Shown here: one piece after another, positions 23,333 to 31,297 of the stretch
Position numbering within the stretch: position 1 is the stretch's first letter
How the letters are laid out: the number at the start of each line of letters is the position of its first letter
Virus record (IMG/VR): IMGVR_UViG_3300037478_000172
Coordinates: 1 to 35,056 of that record
Length of the DNA: 35,056 nucleotides
Strand: one strand, 5' to 3'
DNA from: a virus
Taxonomy: Duplodnaviria > Caudoviricetes
Notes under the pieces: generated by a model
What the model was told of the DNA's origin: nothing
Database searches by the model: none
The model's input: the letters and a program-made list of their open reading frames with translations, nothing else
Position numbers and translations under genes: made by a program

Positions 23333-25140
23333 CAGCGGAACCTCCCGAGGCCGCCACGGTCGAGCTCGCGGCGGATCACGGCCACGAGGTCACGTTCGGA
23401 CAGGACGGAGCCGTTGACGTTGACGACGATCGGCGTCCCGGCGGCGCCGGCGAGGCTTCGCATCCCGTGCGGGAGCGGGATCACGGCCTCGTCGTGCCGG
23501 CCCTCGCCGAGAGCCGCCAGTGTGGGCCCGGTGACGATCCCGCCCTCGGCCAGGAACGGAATGTTCGGCGTGTTGATCCGGAACGAGAACGACGGTATGT
23601 CCGGGATCGGGCCCGGGAGCTTCTTACCGCCGAACGAGAACCCGAGCGAGAAGTTATTCCACATGGCGATAACGCTGTTAATCGCCGACTTGAATGCGTT
23701 CTTTATCCCGTCGAACATGCCACGGGCGGCCCTCGATATGCGGCCCGGGAGCCCCGTAAAGAACCCGACGACCTGGTTAAACCGTGCGGCGATCCACTGT
23801 TGCACGGACGACGCCGTGCCCTTGATCCAATCGGTCACGCCACGCCAACGGGCCTGAATCCAATTGATCGCCGCCCCTATGGCGGCCCGGATCTTGTCCC
23901 AATGCTTGACGATGGCGAGCACGGCCAGGCCGACGGGCCCGGTCAGGATGGCGAGAATCGTCGGCCAATTTGCCTTGATCCACTTCCACGCGGCCTGTGC
24001 GGCGCCGAGGATCCGGTTCCACACGCCGACGAAAAAGTCTCGGAGCGTGCCGGCGTGAATCTTGAGGAGGATCACGATCGCGATCACGGCCGCGATGGCG
24101 AGAATGATGAGGCCGACGGGCCCGAGTAGAACGCCCATCACGGTCGCCAGCGTGCCGATGATGGTCACGAGGGGCCCGAGCGCCACCAGGGCGAGGCCGG
24201 CGAACACGATCATTTGCTGCATCCGCGGGCTGAGGTTCGAGAACGCGTCGACCAGGGGTCGAATCGCCTTGACGACCCGAGCGAATATGGGCATTAGCTG
24301 GTCGCCGATTTGGGCGCTCGCGTCCTTAGCCTCGGCGGCGAGGGTCCGCTGAGTGTTCGCGGCGCCGTCGGCGGTCCGGTCGAAGTCGCCGAGGGCGTCG
24401 CCGGCGCCCTCCATGATGAGGGAGTACGTGGCGGCCGCTTTCTCGCCCTCGGTCAGGGCGTCGGCCGAATCCTTCCCGGTGTCGGCGAGGGCGCGCTGCT
24501 GAACGGCGGCCGCCTTGATCGTCGGGACGAACCGTTGCAGGGCATCGAACTCGCCTCGGAACGCCGCCGCGAGGGCCTCCTGCACGGCGACCGGGTCGGC
24601 GTTGTGGAACGACGCGAAGTCGGAGGCGAGCTCGACGATCCCGGTCGACATATCGTCGACCTTGTCGGCGCCGATCCCGATCTGAGTGAACAGGTTCCCG
24701 AACGTCGTCGCCGAGGTGAGCGCCTCCTGACGGGACACGCCGAACGACTTCGCCGAGGTCTGTGACCAGCGTTGTATCGAGGCGGCGTTCGAGGCGAAAA
24801 TCGTGTCGGCCGCCGACACGGCCTCGTTTAGGTCCGATGCCTGGTCGAACGCGAACTTGAACCCGGCCGCCAGGGGCAGGGACAGGAACGCGCTCGACCG
24901 GGCGCCGAAGTTTCGCATTCCGGCGCCGGCCGTCCGGAGCGTCGCGCCTGCCGAGCTCAGAGACGAGCCGAGGTTCCTGATCCCGCCGGTCATGCGACCG
25001 ATCCGGGACGTTTGGGCCTCGGCCTTGGCGCCGATCTGGTCGAGGTCGGACTCGACCTTGTCGGCGTGCCGGCCGATCCCGCCCTCTAGCTGATCGGCGT
25101 CGATCCCGACCTTGACGAGGAGCTCCGCAAGTGTGGTCAC
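23332..25140 (-). CDS. Tape measure protein
   Basis: TLAELLVKVG.D start, helical Ala-rich, ASDLNE..., periodic W/F repeats, C-terminal LAEGGIVTGPTLA.LGEG..EAVIPL; follows tail chaperones. Confidence 0.92.
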   Translation of the reverse strand: MTTLAELLVKVGIDADQLEGGIGRHADKVESDLDQIGAKAEAQTSRIGRMTGGIRNLGSSLSSAGATLRTAGAGMRNFGARSSAFLSLPLAAGFKFAFDQASDLNEAVSAADTIFASNAASIQRWSQTSAKSFGVSRQEALTSATTFGNLFTQIGIGADKVDDMSTGIVELASDFASFHNADPVAVQEALAAAFRGEFDALQRFVPTIKAAAVQQRALADTGKDSADALTEGEKAAATYSLIMEGAGDALGDFDRTADGAANTQRTLAAEAKDASAQIGDQLMPIFARVVKAIRPLVDAFSNLSPRMQQMIVFAGLALVALGPLVTIIGTLATVMGVLLGPVGLIILAIAAVIAIVILLKIHAGTLRDFFVGVWNRILGAAQAAWKWIKANWPTILAILTGPVGLAVLAIVKHWDKIRAAIGAAINWIQARWRGVTDWIKGTASSVQQWIAARFNQVVGFFTGLPGRISRAARGMFDGIKNAFKSAINSVIAMWNNFSLGFSFGGKKLPGPIPDIPSFSFRINTPNIPFLAEGGIVTGPTLAALGEGRHDEAVIPLPHGMRSLAGAAGTPIVVNVNGSVLSERDLVAVIRRELDRGGLGRFR

Positions 25141-25505
25141 GTCGGCCCTCCTCGGTCCGGTCGGTCATCCCGGCCGCCGAGCGCCCGGTTCAATTGCTCG
25201 ACGATGGCGAGCTGGTCCTGCCACGTCTGCGGCGAGGCTTTCTCGCCGTAGTTCGGGACGAACTCGTCGGGCTTGTAGCGCCGGCCCTTCTTGCCGCGGT
25301 TCACGTTCGCGATCGTCGCCGCCACGATCCCGGCCTGAATGTCGCCGCGGCGGCCGAGGTCGAGGGGCCCGGAGAGCTCCTCGTATGCGGCCCACTCGGT
25401 CAGCTCGTCCGCGCCCACACGGGCGAGGAGCTCCCGGACGGGCATCCCGAGTGCGAGGGCTAGCCGGAAGTAGAACCGCCGCTCCGGGCGGTCACGGAGT
25501 TTCCC
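25137..25505 (-). CDS. Tail assembly chaperone, frameshifted C-terminal part (GT-like)
   Basis: -1 frame after slippery site reads KLRDRPERRFYFRLALALGMPVRELL...ELTEWAAYE...; ORF track 25137..25445. Confidence 0.85.
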   Translation of the reverse strand, partial: GKLRDRPERRFYFRLALALGMPVRELLARVGADELTEWAAYEELSGPLDLGRRGDIQAGIVAATIANVNRGKKGRRYKPDEFVPNYGEKASPQTWQDQLAIVEQLNRALGGRDDRPDRGGPT

Positions 25506-25861
25506 TTTGCGACCTCCGTCGACTTGTCGGCCATCCCGGACAGGCGGCCGGCGACCTCGAACAGGCGCTCGATCACCTGGCCGGACTTCGCTCCGAGCTT
25601 GTGCACCTCGTTATCGGCGAAGATCCGTTCGCCCGACTCGGGGTCGAACAGGGACTTCACCAGGAGCTTTGACCGGAAGTCGGCGAGGCGGAGCTCGATA
25701 TCCGTTCCGCCGCGCTTGAGCGCGACCGCTTTCGCCTCGTATGCGTCGCGGTCGGTGCCACTCATGCCGCGAACCTGCACGGTGACGCCCCACTCGGGAA
25801 CCTCGACGTCCTCGACCGGGAGGTCGTCGGCGGCGAGGATCCGATCCTTGATCCCGCTCAT
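25460..25861 (-). CDS. Tail assembly chaperone (G-like)
   Basis: IL.ADDL..E.VEVPEWG..V.VRGMSG..RD.YE; ends ...KGNS; ATGA overlap with the major tail gene. Confidence 0.88.
   Translation of the reverse strand: MSGIKDRILAADDLPVEDVEVPEWGVTVQVRGMSGTDRDAYEAKAVALKRGGTDIELRLADFRSKLLVKSLFDPESGERIFADNEVHKLGAKSGQVIERLFEVAGRLSGMADKSTEVAKGNSVTARSGGSTSG
25499..25505 (-). promoter_or_regulatory. Programmed -1 frameshift site G GGA AAC
   Basis: X XXY YYZ heptamer in frame, near the chaperone end; -1 frame joins the downstream ORF. Confidence 0.88.
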
Positions 25862-26271
25862 GCGAGCGAGGGCTCGCCGGTGAGCTTGAACCCGAGCTCG
25901 GCCGCGAGCTTGTCGTCGTGCGGGGCCTCGGGCTCGAACCCGGTCAGGATCGCGGCGAGCGTCCAGACCGTTTCGGGGTCCGTCGGGAATGCGAGCTGGT
26001 AGTTCCGGGGCGCGTCGTCGTCGAAGTCGGCGACGAGCACGTCGTGAATGTCGGGGTCGTAGTTGACTTCGAGCGAGACCTCGCCGGCGTCCTTGAGCCC
26101 GCCGAGGAACTCCATCCACTGATTCGGCGAGTCGTGCGCGGTGACGTCGATCGTCGAGCGGGACAGGCTCGGCCCGCCGACGTTGGTCACGTTCGCGATC
26201 GCGGTGAACACTTCGGTCGTGGCGCCGTCACCGCGACGGAGCTCGGTCCCGAATGCGTCGATTCCTGGCAC
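25858..26271 (-). CDS. Major tail (tube) protein
   Basis: GT.L.RGDG..TEVFT.IA.VT...GP.LSR.TIDVT.HDS...W.EF.GGLKD.GEVS..VNYDP lambda gpV-like motif. Confidence 0.92.
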   Translation of the reverse strand: MPGIDAFGTELRRGDGATTEVFTAIANVTNVGGPSLSRSTIDVTAHDSPNQWMEFLGGLKDAGEVSLEVNYDPDIHDVLVADFDDDAPRNYQLAFPTDPETVWTLAAILTGFEPEAPHDDKLAAELGFKLTGEPSLA

Positions 26272-26426
26272 TAGTTGACCTCCTGGTCGTGATGATCGAG
26301 CTCGGGTTCGAGCTCGGGCTCGGGCTCGTCGTCGACGAGCTCGAAGCGTGGCGAGGCGTCGAGGAGCGGCGACGGGGTTTCTCGCGTGTGCTCCCGGCCT
26401 GTGTTGCGGTTTCTGTAGATAGGCAC
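26271..26426 (-). CDS. Small virion-module protein (not in ORF track)
   Basis: Manual translation VPIYRNRNTGREHTRETPSPLLDASPRFELVDDEPEPELEPELDHHDQEVN; TAGTG coupling to the major tail gene. Confidence 0.65.
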   Translation of the reverse strand: MPIYRNRNTGREHTRETPSPLLDASPRFELVDDEPEPELEPELDHHDQEVN

Positions 26427-26430
26427 GGCG

Positions 26431-26865
26431 TCACTCCTGTTCGGTCGTGATCCGGTAGTTCACGGCGATGTGTCGAATGTCGCCCGGGGGTTCGGGGTCG
26501 ATGATCGCCTCGCGCTGCTCGAACCGGACGGCCCTCACCTTGTGGCCGGTCACGACGGCGTCGAGCTCGGCGATCCGGTGGTCGAGGAGCTCCCGGAGCC
26601 GGGCCTCGATCGTGAGGCCCTCGCGGTGGCCGCGGGCCCGTGTCCAGATCCGGAGGGTCTGAATCGTGATCGAGCCGAATTGACCGTGAGCGTTGTCGGG
26701 GGTCTCGATCGACTCGTCGAGGGTTACATACGGTTTGTCGACGCCCTCCGGGACGTTGTCGAACACGCCGTTCACGAGGCCGTCGAGCGTGGCGTCGCCG
26801 GTCGCGAGCTCATAGATCCCCTGTTGAATCGGGATCGCCGGCGAGCCGGCGGTCGGAGCGGTCAT
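26431..26865 (-). CDS. Tail terminator (DUF3168-like)
   Basis: IQQGIY..L..D..L...V.GVFD.VPE....PYV; position. Confidence 0.85.
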   Translation of the reverse strand: MTAPTAGSPAIPIQQGIYELATGDATLDGLVNGVFDNVPEGVDKPYVTLDESIETPDNAHGQFGSITIQTLRIWTRARGHREGLTIEARLRELLDHRIAELDAVVTGHKVRAVRFEQREAIIDPEPPGDIRHIAVNYRITTEQE

Positions 26866-27245
26866 TTCGGAAGCTGCTCCTCGATCAGGCGGCGGACACG
26901 CTTCGGGAACCGGCGCCGGGACGTCTCGGCGGCCGGTTTGGCGAACGGTTGCGCGGGATGGCTCGACGTCCCTTGCTCGACGTAGCGGGCGTGCTCGGCG
27001 GTCGAGCGGGCGGTGCCGTCGAGGCCGTCGCGCCGGGTCACGATCGAGCTCCGGAGCGGTGGCCGTCCTCGGCGGCCTCGTCGGGCGTCGCCGACGGCGG
27101 CGTGCCGGCGCATATCTTCGGCGAGCTCGTCGAGCTCCTCGCCGGCGGCGCGTTCCGCGGCGTGGCGCATGTTTCGCCGTAGGGTCGTGAGCTTCCGGCG
27201 GAGGTCGCCCTTCCCGGTGACCTTGACCCGGATCAGCCGGGCCAT
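26862..27245 (-). CDS. HK97 gp10-like neck protein
   Basis: HARYVEQGTS..PAQPF.KPA motif. Confidence 0.88.
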   Translation of the reverse strand: MARLIRVKVTGKGDLRRKLTTLRRNMRHAAERAAGEELDELAEDMRRHAAVGDARRGRRGRPPLRSSIVTRRDGLDGTARSTAEHARYVEQGTSSHPAQPFAKPAAETSRRRFPKRVRRLIEEQLPK

Positions 27246-27589
27246 CAGGCGGGCTCCGGTTGCGCCGCCTCGGCCTCGATCCGGAGATATGACGACCGCG
27301 AGTTACTGAGCGCCGCGACGACACGGAGCCGGCGGCCGTCGGTCGTCGAGGGCAGGTCGCCGGAGAGCTCGTCGCCTCGGCGGACGTCGGCGCCGGCGAG
27401 CGTGTGGATCACGTGCATCAGCTCGACGCCCCACTGAGACGCCTCGGCGCGCTCGGTCGTCGACGGTTGCGAGACCTGAGCTCGGATCGTGCCGACCTCG
27501 GCGAACGTGACCGTCTGGCCGCCGGCGCCGTCGTCGACGGTCGAGGGCCTGTGCACGGTGAGCTCGGTCCGGGTCAGGTGACCGATCAC
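27245..27589 (-). CDS. Head closure / head-tail adaptor
   Basis: V.RP....DG.GG...., ADVRRGD.L; position. Confidence 0.85.
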   Translation of the reverse strand: MIGHLTRTELTVHRPSTVDDGAGGQTVTFAEVGTIRAQVSQPSTTERAEASQWGVELMHVIHTLAGADVRRGDELSGDLPSTTDGRRLRVVAALSNSRSSYLRIEAEAAQPEPA

Positions 27590-27996
27590 GGGAGGAGCTC
27601 CTCGCCGACGAGGGGCTCGTCGGGCTGTAGCGGGAGGTTCGAGGTCAGCGTGAGCGACGAGACGCCGAGCTTGCCGGCGGCGCGGCGCACGATCCGGCGC
27701 TCCCGGGCGGTCAGGTAGAGGGTCGCGACGGCCTGGCCGCCGGTCGAGTAGCCGTAGTCGCCGAGCTGTTCCTGTGCGAGTCCGCGCGGGTTCTGCCAGC
27801 CGCGGCGGATCATGTTCACGAGCACGGCCACGACCGCGCCGGGGGCGTCCGGCGACTCGACGGCGTCGAGCTCGGGCGTAGCGGCCTCACGGACGAGCGC
27901 CGAGGCGTCGTCGATCAACGCCTGAGCCTGACCGGAGTCGATGTCCTCGAACCCTGGCCGGGCGACGAGCTCGGCGGTCGTGATGAGGCCGGCCAC
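27586..27996 (-). CDS. Head-to-tail adaptor
   Basis: A.ALIDDASALVR, V...MIRR...NP.G..QEQLGDY.YS, LYLT..E. Confidence 0.85.
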   Translation of the reverse strand: MAGLITTAELVARPGFEDIDSGQAQALIDDASALVREAATPELDAVESPDAPGAVVAVLVNMIRRGWQNPRGLAQEQLGDYGYSTGGQAVATLYLTARERRIVRRAAGKLGVSSLTLTSNLPLQPDEPLVGEELLP

Positions 27997-27999
27997 GGA

Positions 28000-28371
28000 T
28001 CAGACCTCGGCGTGTGCCGCGAGGTAGCGGCCGACGAGGGCGTCCGGGAGCGGGCCCCGGGGCGGGTAGGCGAGGCCCTCGACCCGCGCCCAGGCCCGCA
28101 CGTCCTTAGCCGCGGGCGCCTGTGTGGCCGCGGGAGCGGCCGCGGGCGCCTCGGACGGGTTCTCGGTCGTCGGAGCCTCGACGGGCGCCTCCTGGCCGTC
28201 GGGGGCGGCCGATGCGGGCGCCGCGGCGGCGTCGACGCGCTCCCACACGGGAGAATTGTCCATCTTGGCGATGTGGCGGGCGAGAGCGGTCTGACGGTGG
28301 CCGGGAGTGTCGGCGGGCTCGGTCAGCGTGACCTCGCGGCCGGACTCGGTGTGTCGGAACGTGACGGGCAT
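28000..28371 (-). CDS. Protein with C-terminal Lsr2-like DNA-binding domain
   Basis: KDVRAWAR.EG...PPRGPLP..LV..Y.AAH matches the Lsr2 C-domain pattern (RGR hook is RGP here). Confidence 0.75.
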   Translation of the reverse strand: MPVTFRHTESGREVTLTEPADTPGHRQTALARHIAKMDNSPVWERVDAAAAPASAAPDGQEAPVEAPTTENPSEAPAAAPAATQAPAAKDVRAWARVEGLAYPPRGPLPDALVGRYLAAHAEV

Positions 28372-28387
28372 AGCGGGGCTCCTCGGG

Positions 28388-28900
28388 CTAGTCGCCGTGC
28401 AGGTGTTGAGGGCACACGGCCCACTCGACGTCGGCCAGGCCGAATCGGGGCAGGTGCCACGAGGCGAAAGTCGTGTCGGTCCAGTGACCGCGGGCTCGGG
28501 CGGGCATCTCGGCGCGCCAGCGGGCGAGGATCGCGGTCGGGAAGTAGATGCACCCGAACCCGAACGTCCCGGTCCGGGGCTCGCCCCAGCGGGTCGGCTT
28601 GCCGCGGGTCCGGTGCACGAGCACGGGAGGGCCGCGGTCGGGCCTGACGGTGTAGGGGGCGACGAGCACGCGGTCGGGCTGAGCGAGGGCGCGCTCGACG
28701 AACCGGTCGCGGCCGACGACGTCGAGGGCGATATCCCACTCGATCAGGCAGAACCCGGGCTCGTCGTCCGGCCAGGGCTGATAGTCGGTCAGCGTGGCGT
28801 AGTTGCAATCGCGCATCACGAGCCGCGGCAGGCCGTCGACCACGTGTGCGCGCCCGTCGGGCACGAGCTCGGGCCACGAGCGCCACCAGGCGAGCGTCAC
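28388..28900 (-). CDS. Minimal GT-A-fold glycosyltransferase-like protein
   Basis: FCLIEWDI (DxD-equivalent), VLVAPY, GFGCIYF, W.D..F, V...HLH in GT2-like order; AGGAGG RBS. Confidence 0.6.
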   Translation of the reverse strand: MTLAWWRSWPELVPDGRAHVVDGLPRLVMRDCNYATLTDYQPWPDDEPGFCLIEWDIALDVVGRDRFVERALAQPDRVLVAPYTVRPDRGPPVLVHRTRGKPTRWGEPRTGTFGFGCIYFPTAILARWRAEMPARARGHWTDTTFASWHLPRFGLADVEWAVCPQHLHGD

Positions 28901-28919
28901 GAGGGGCCTCCTGTGTGGT

Positions 28920-28955
28920 CCTCCGAGCCGGCGGCCGGAACCGCCGACCCGGAGG
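28920..28955. terminator. GC-rich hairpin just downstream of the major capsid gene (attenuator/stabiliser)
   Basis: CCTCCG..CGGCGG-CCGGAA-CCGCCG..CGGAGG; no U-tract. Confidence 0.4.
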
Positions 28956-28972
28956 TCACTTGCCCGCGGCCG

Positions 28973-29866
28973 TTAGGCGGTTGCGGTCCCGATCTTGATG
29001 AATCGGGGGAACACGGTCGGAGGGTCGTCCTCGGCCACGATCGCCGCGCCGGCGAACGTCGACACGAGCGACTGATCCGACGCGATCGCCGGGCTGTACT
29101 GGAAAACCTGACGGAGGGCGACGCCCTGCTCGTTGATGGTCGCCGACTCGACGGCGCCACGAGGCGCGACAGGAGCCCGGACGCCGAACGCGACGCCGCT
29201 CGTGTGATAGGCGGCGGCGGTGCCGGCGTCGAGCCCGTTCGACTCCACGAACGTGAACCCGTAGAGGTTCCCGATCACGGCGCGCCGGAGCGCGTCGTCG
29301 GAGCCGGCCTCGTTCACCTTCGTGAACTCGGGCACGGACAGCACGCGGGTGGCGATGTCGGGCGACACGGCGAAGAACCGCCCATCGGGCGGGACGTCGG
29401 CCTCGCCGAGCGCCTGACGGGCCGCCAGGATGATCGCCTTCGTGTCGTCGGGATCCGCGGCGAGCGCGAACTCGATCGTTCCGTCGGCGGTCTGAGCGTT
29501 CATCGCGCCGGCGACCTCGTCCTCGGCGCCGATCGCCACGGCGGCGACCTGCACGCGAGTGATCTGCCGCGCGAAGTCCTCCAATTGGAGCGTGAGCTCC
29601 TGATCGCTCACGTTCTTGAGCGAGTAGAGGTGCGACAGAGTGACGTCGACGGGAACCTCGGACACGTCGTCAGCGACCAGGGGGTCGCCGGCGGCGGCCT
29701 GAGTCCGTGCCGCGTTGGGCTGAGGAACCCGGACGGTGATCGTGTCGCCGTTCGAGCCGGCGAACTCCTCACCCGGGATCATGGTGGCGGTGCGGGGCAG
29801 CGCGAGCCGGCGCACGAGGAGTGCGAGCGCGACTCGGCTGATCCCCTGTGCAGTCAAGACTGCCAT
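28973..29866 (-). CDS. Major capsid protein (P22 coat-like HK97 fold)
   Basis: AL.LL.R.L.LP......EF.G..GDTI.VRVP, L..ADVP..GR...V.P, ALR...IG.LYGF..VESN; follows scaffold. Confidence 0.92.
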   Translation of the reverse strand: MAVLTAQGISRVALALLVRRLALPRTATMIPGEEFAGSNGDTITVRVPQPNAARTQAAAGDPLVADDVSEVPVDVTLSHLYSLKNVSDQELTLQLEDFARQITRVQVAAVAIGAEDEVAGAMNAQTADGTIEFALAADPDDTKAIILAARQALGEADVPPDGRFFAVSPDIATRVLSVPEFTKVNEAGSDDALRRAVIGNLYGFTFVESNGLDAGTAAAYHTSGVAFGVRAPVAPRGAVESATINEQGVALRQVFQYSPAIASDQSLVSTFAGAAIVAEDDPPTVFPRFIKIGTATA

Positions 29867-29921
29867 TGTGGGGTCTCCATTTCATGTGTTGATCCCGCGG
29901 CCGTCTTGACCGTGGGAGGGG

Positions 29922-30491
29922 TTAGAACCCGCCCGACTCGATCGAGGCGGCGAGCTTGTCGGCCTCCTCGCGGGTGACCTCTTTCGAGGCGTCGTCGTCG
30001 TTCGCGGCGCCCGGCCGGAGCTTCTCTCGGGGCTTCCCGCCGGCCGGTTTCCCGCCGTCGCCGTCGCCCTTGTCGCCCTTGCCGTCGTCGCCGTCGTCGC
30101 CGTCGCCCTTGTCGCCCTTGTTCCCGAACGCTTCGAGTAGCTCCTCGGCGTCGGTTTCGAGCTCGGCGCGGGTGTCGCCCTGTAGCCGCTTCGCCTGAGA
30201 CGGGGTGAGCCCCTTCTCGGAGGCGACCTGAGCCACCAGGGCGGCGCGCTCGGCGGCCTCCGCCCTCGTTTCGAGGCCGGCGACCTTGTCGAGCACCTTC
30301 TGTAGGTCGGACTTGGAGCTGTCCTGATCGGCCTTCACGGTGGCGAGCTCGTCGCGAGCGGCCTTGAGGTCGTTCTCGGCCTTCCGTCGAGCGTCGCGCT
30401 CAGCGGCGAGGGCCCGCTTCCCGGCGTCGCCGAGAGCTCCGTCGTCCTTCTTGTCGTCGTCGCCCTTCGCGGGCTTGTCGTCGTCGGCCAT
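29922..30491 (-). CDS. Capsid scaffolding protein
   Basis: LGDAGKRAL.AER.AR..AE, VA.EKGL....A.RLQG.T..ELE.DAE.LL, P.E.LRPGA. Confidence 0.9.
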   Translation of the reverse strand: MADDDKPAKGDDDKKDDGALGDAGKRALAAERDARRKAENDLKAARDELATVKADQDSSKSDLQKVLDKVAGLETRAEAAERAALVAQVASEKGLTPSQAKRLQGDTRAELETDAEELLEAFGNKGDKGDGDDGDDGKGDKGDGDGGKPAGGKPREKLRPGAANDDDASKEVTREEADKLAASIESGGF

Positions 30492-30529
30492 CGCGGCCCC
30501 TTTCACTCGGGGCCCGCCATCGCGGCGAG
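30486..30529 (-). promoter_or_regulatory. Twin GCGAU-loop hairpins over the scaffold translation start
   Basis: GCCGCGATGGC at 30526-30516 and 30497-30487; the second contains the ATG. Confidence 0.5.
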
Positions 30530-30531
30530 CC

Positions 30532-31296
30532 TCAGAACATGTCCTCGGGCGCGGGCCCGAGCCCGACGTTCGCCCGCTCGTGAGCTCGGCGGAACGCCTT
30601 CATCGCCTCGTCGCCCGAGAGCCCCTGAGTGGACTCCTCCCAAATCTCGCGGTAGCGCCGCGAGACGGGCGGGAGCTCCGTGTCCTCGTAGGCGGGCTCG
30701 GCCGAACAGGCACAGTGATTGTGGGCCTCGAACCGGACCGACTCGGCGTCGAACCGGGGGCCCTGAGCGGCGAGCGCGGCGCAGAACGAACACGCCTTAC
30801 TCGACGTGACCCGTTGCCAGCGGCCGCCCGTCGCCGCATCGGTCGCGGTCGCCTGTGTGATGACGTCGCGGCCTCCGGCGAGCACTAGATCGGAGGTCGT
30901 GCCGGCGGCCCGCACGAAACCGTTACGCGCCGAGGCGGCCGTCGAGAACCCGGCCTCCCGTGATCGGACGATGCCGGCGATCCCGGCGCCTCGGACGAGG
31001 CCGGCCACGAGCTCTAGTTCGGGCGGGCCGCCGGCGACGATCGTCATCAGGCCGCGGACGCCCTCGGCGGCCCGGAACGTCTCGAAGTAGCGGGCGGCGA
31101 CGGCCGCCGAGGTCTGATTCCGGGCCTGGATCACGATCCCGGCGCCCTGAGAGAACGGCCCGATCGTGCGGGCGAGGTCTGACGGGTCGACGGCCCGCCA
31201 GAGCCGAGTCAGGTCTCGGAGCGCCCCAGCGCGTACCGCGACCTGTCGGGTCCGGTGCAGTTGAGTGAGGCGAGCGCCCTCGTCCGTTCGGGCCAC
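30532..31296 (-). CDS. MuF/VG15-like head morphogenesis protein
   Basis: WQRVT...AC.FC..LA..G......F.AH.HC.C.AEP motif; between portal and scaffold. Confidence 0.82.
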   Translation of the reverse strand: MARTDEGARLTQLHRTRQVAVRAGALRDLTRLWRAVDPSDLARTIGPFSQGAGIVIQARNQTSAAVAARYFETFRAAEGVRGLMTIVAGGPPELELVAGLVRGAGIAGIVRSREAGFSTAASARNGFVRAAGTTSDLVLAGGRDVITQATATDAATGGRWQRVTSSKACSFCAALAAQGPRFDAESVRFEAHNHCACSAEPAYEDTELPPVSRRYREIWEESTQGLSGDEAMKAFRRAHERANVGLGPAPEDMF

Positions 31297-31297
31297 G

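Noticed and set aside
28897-29160. Frameshift extension of the major capsid protein
   Set aside because: No slippery heptamer seen near the capsid stop, and the alternative frame has no coding character.
30057-30120. 25-bp direct repeat as CRISPR or regulatory array
   Set aside because: Only two copies, in frame, encoding the low-complexity GDKGDGD linker of the scaffold.
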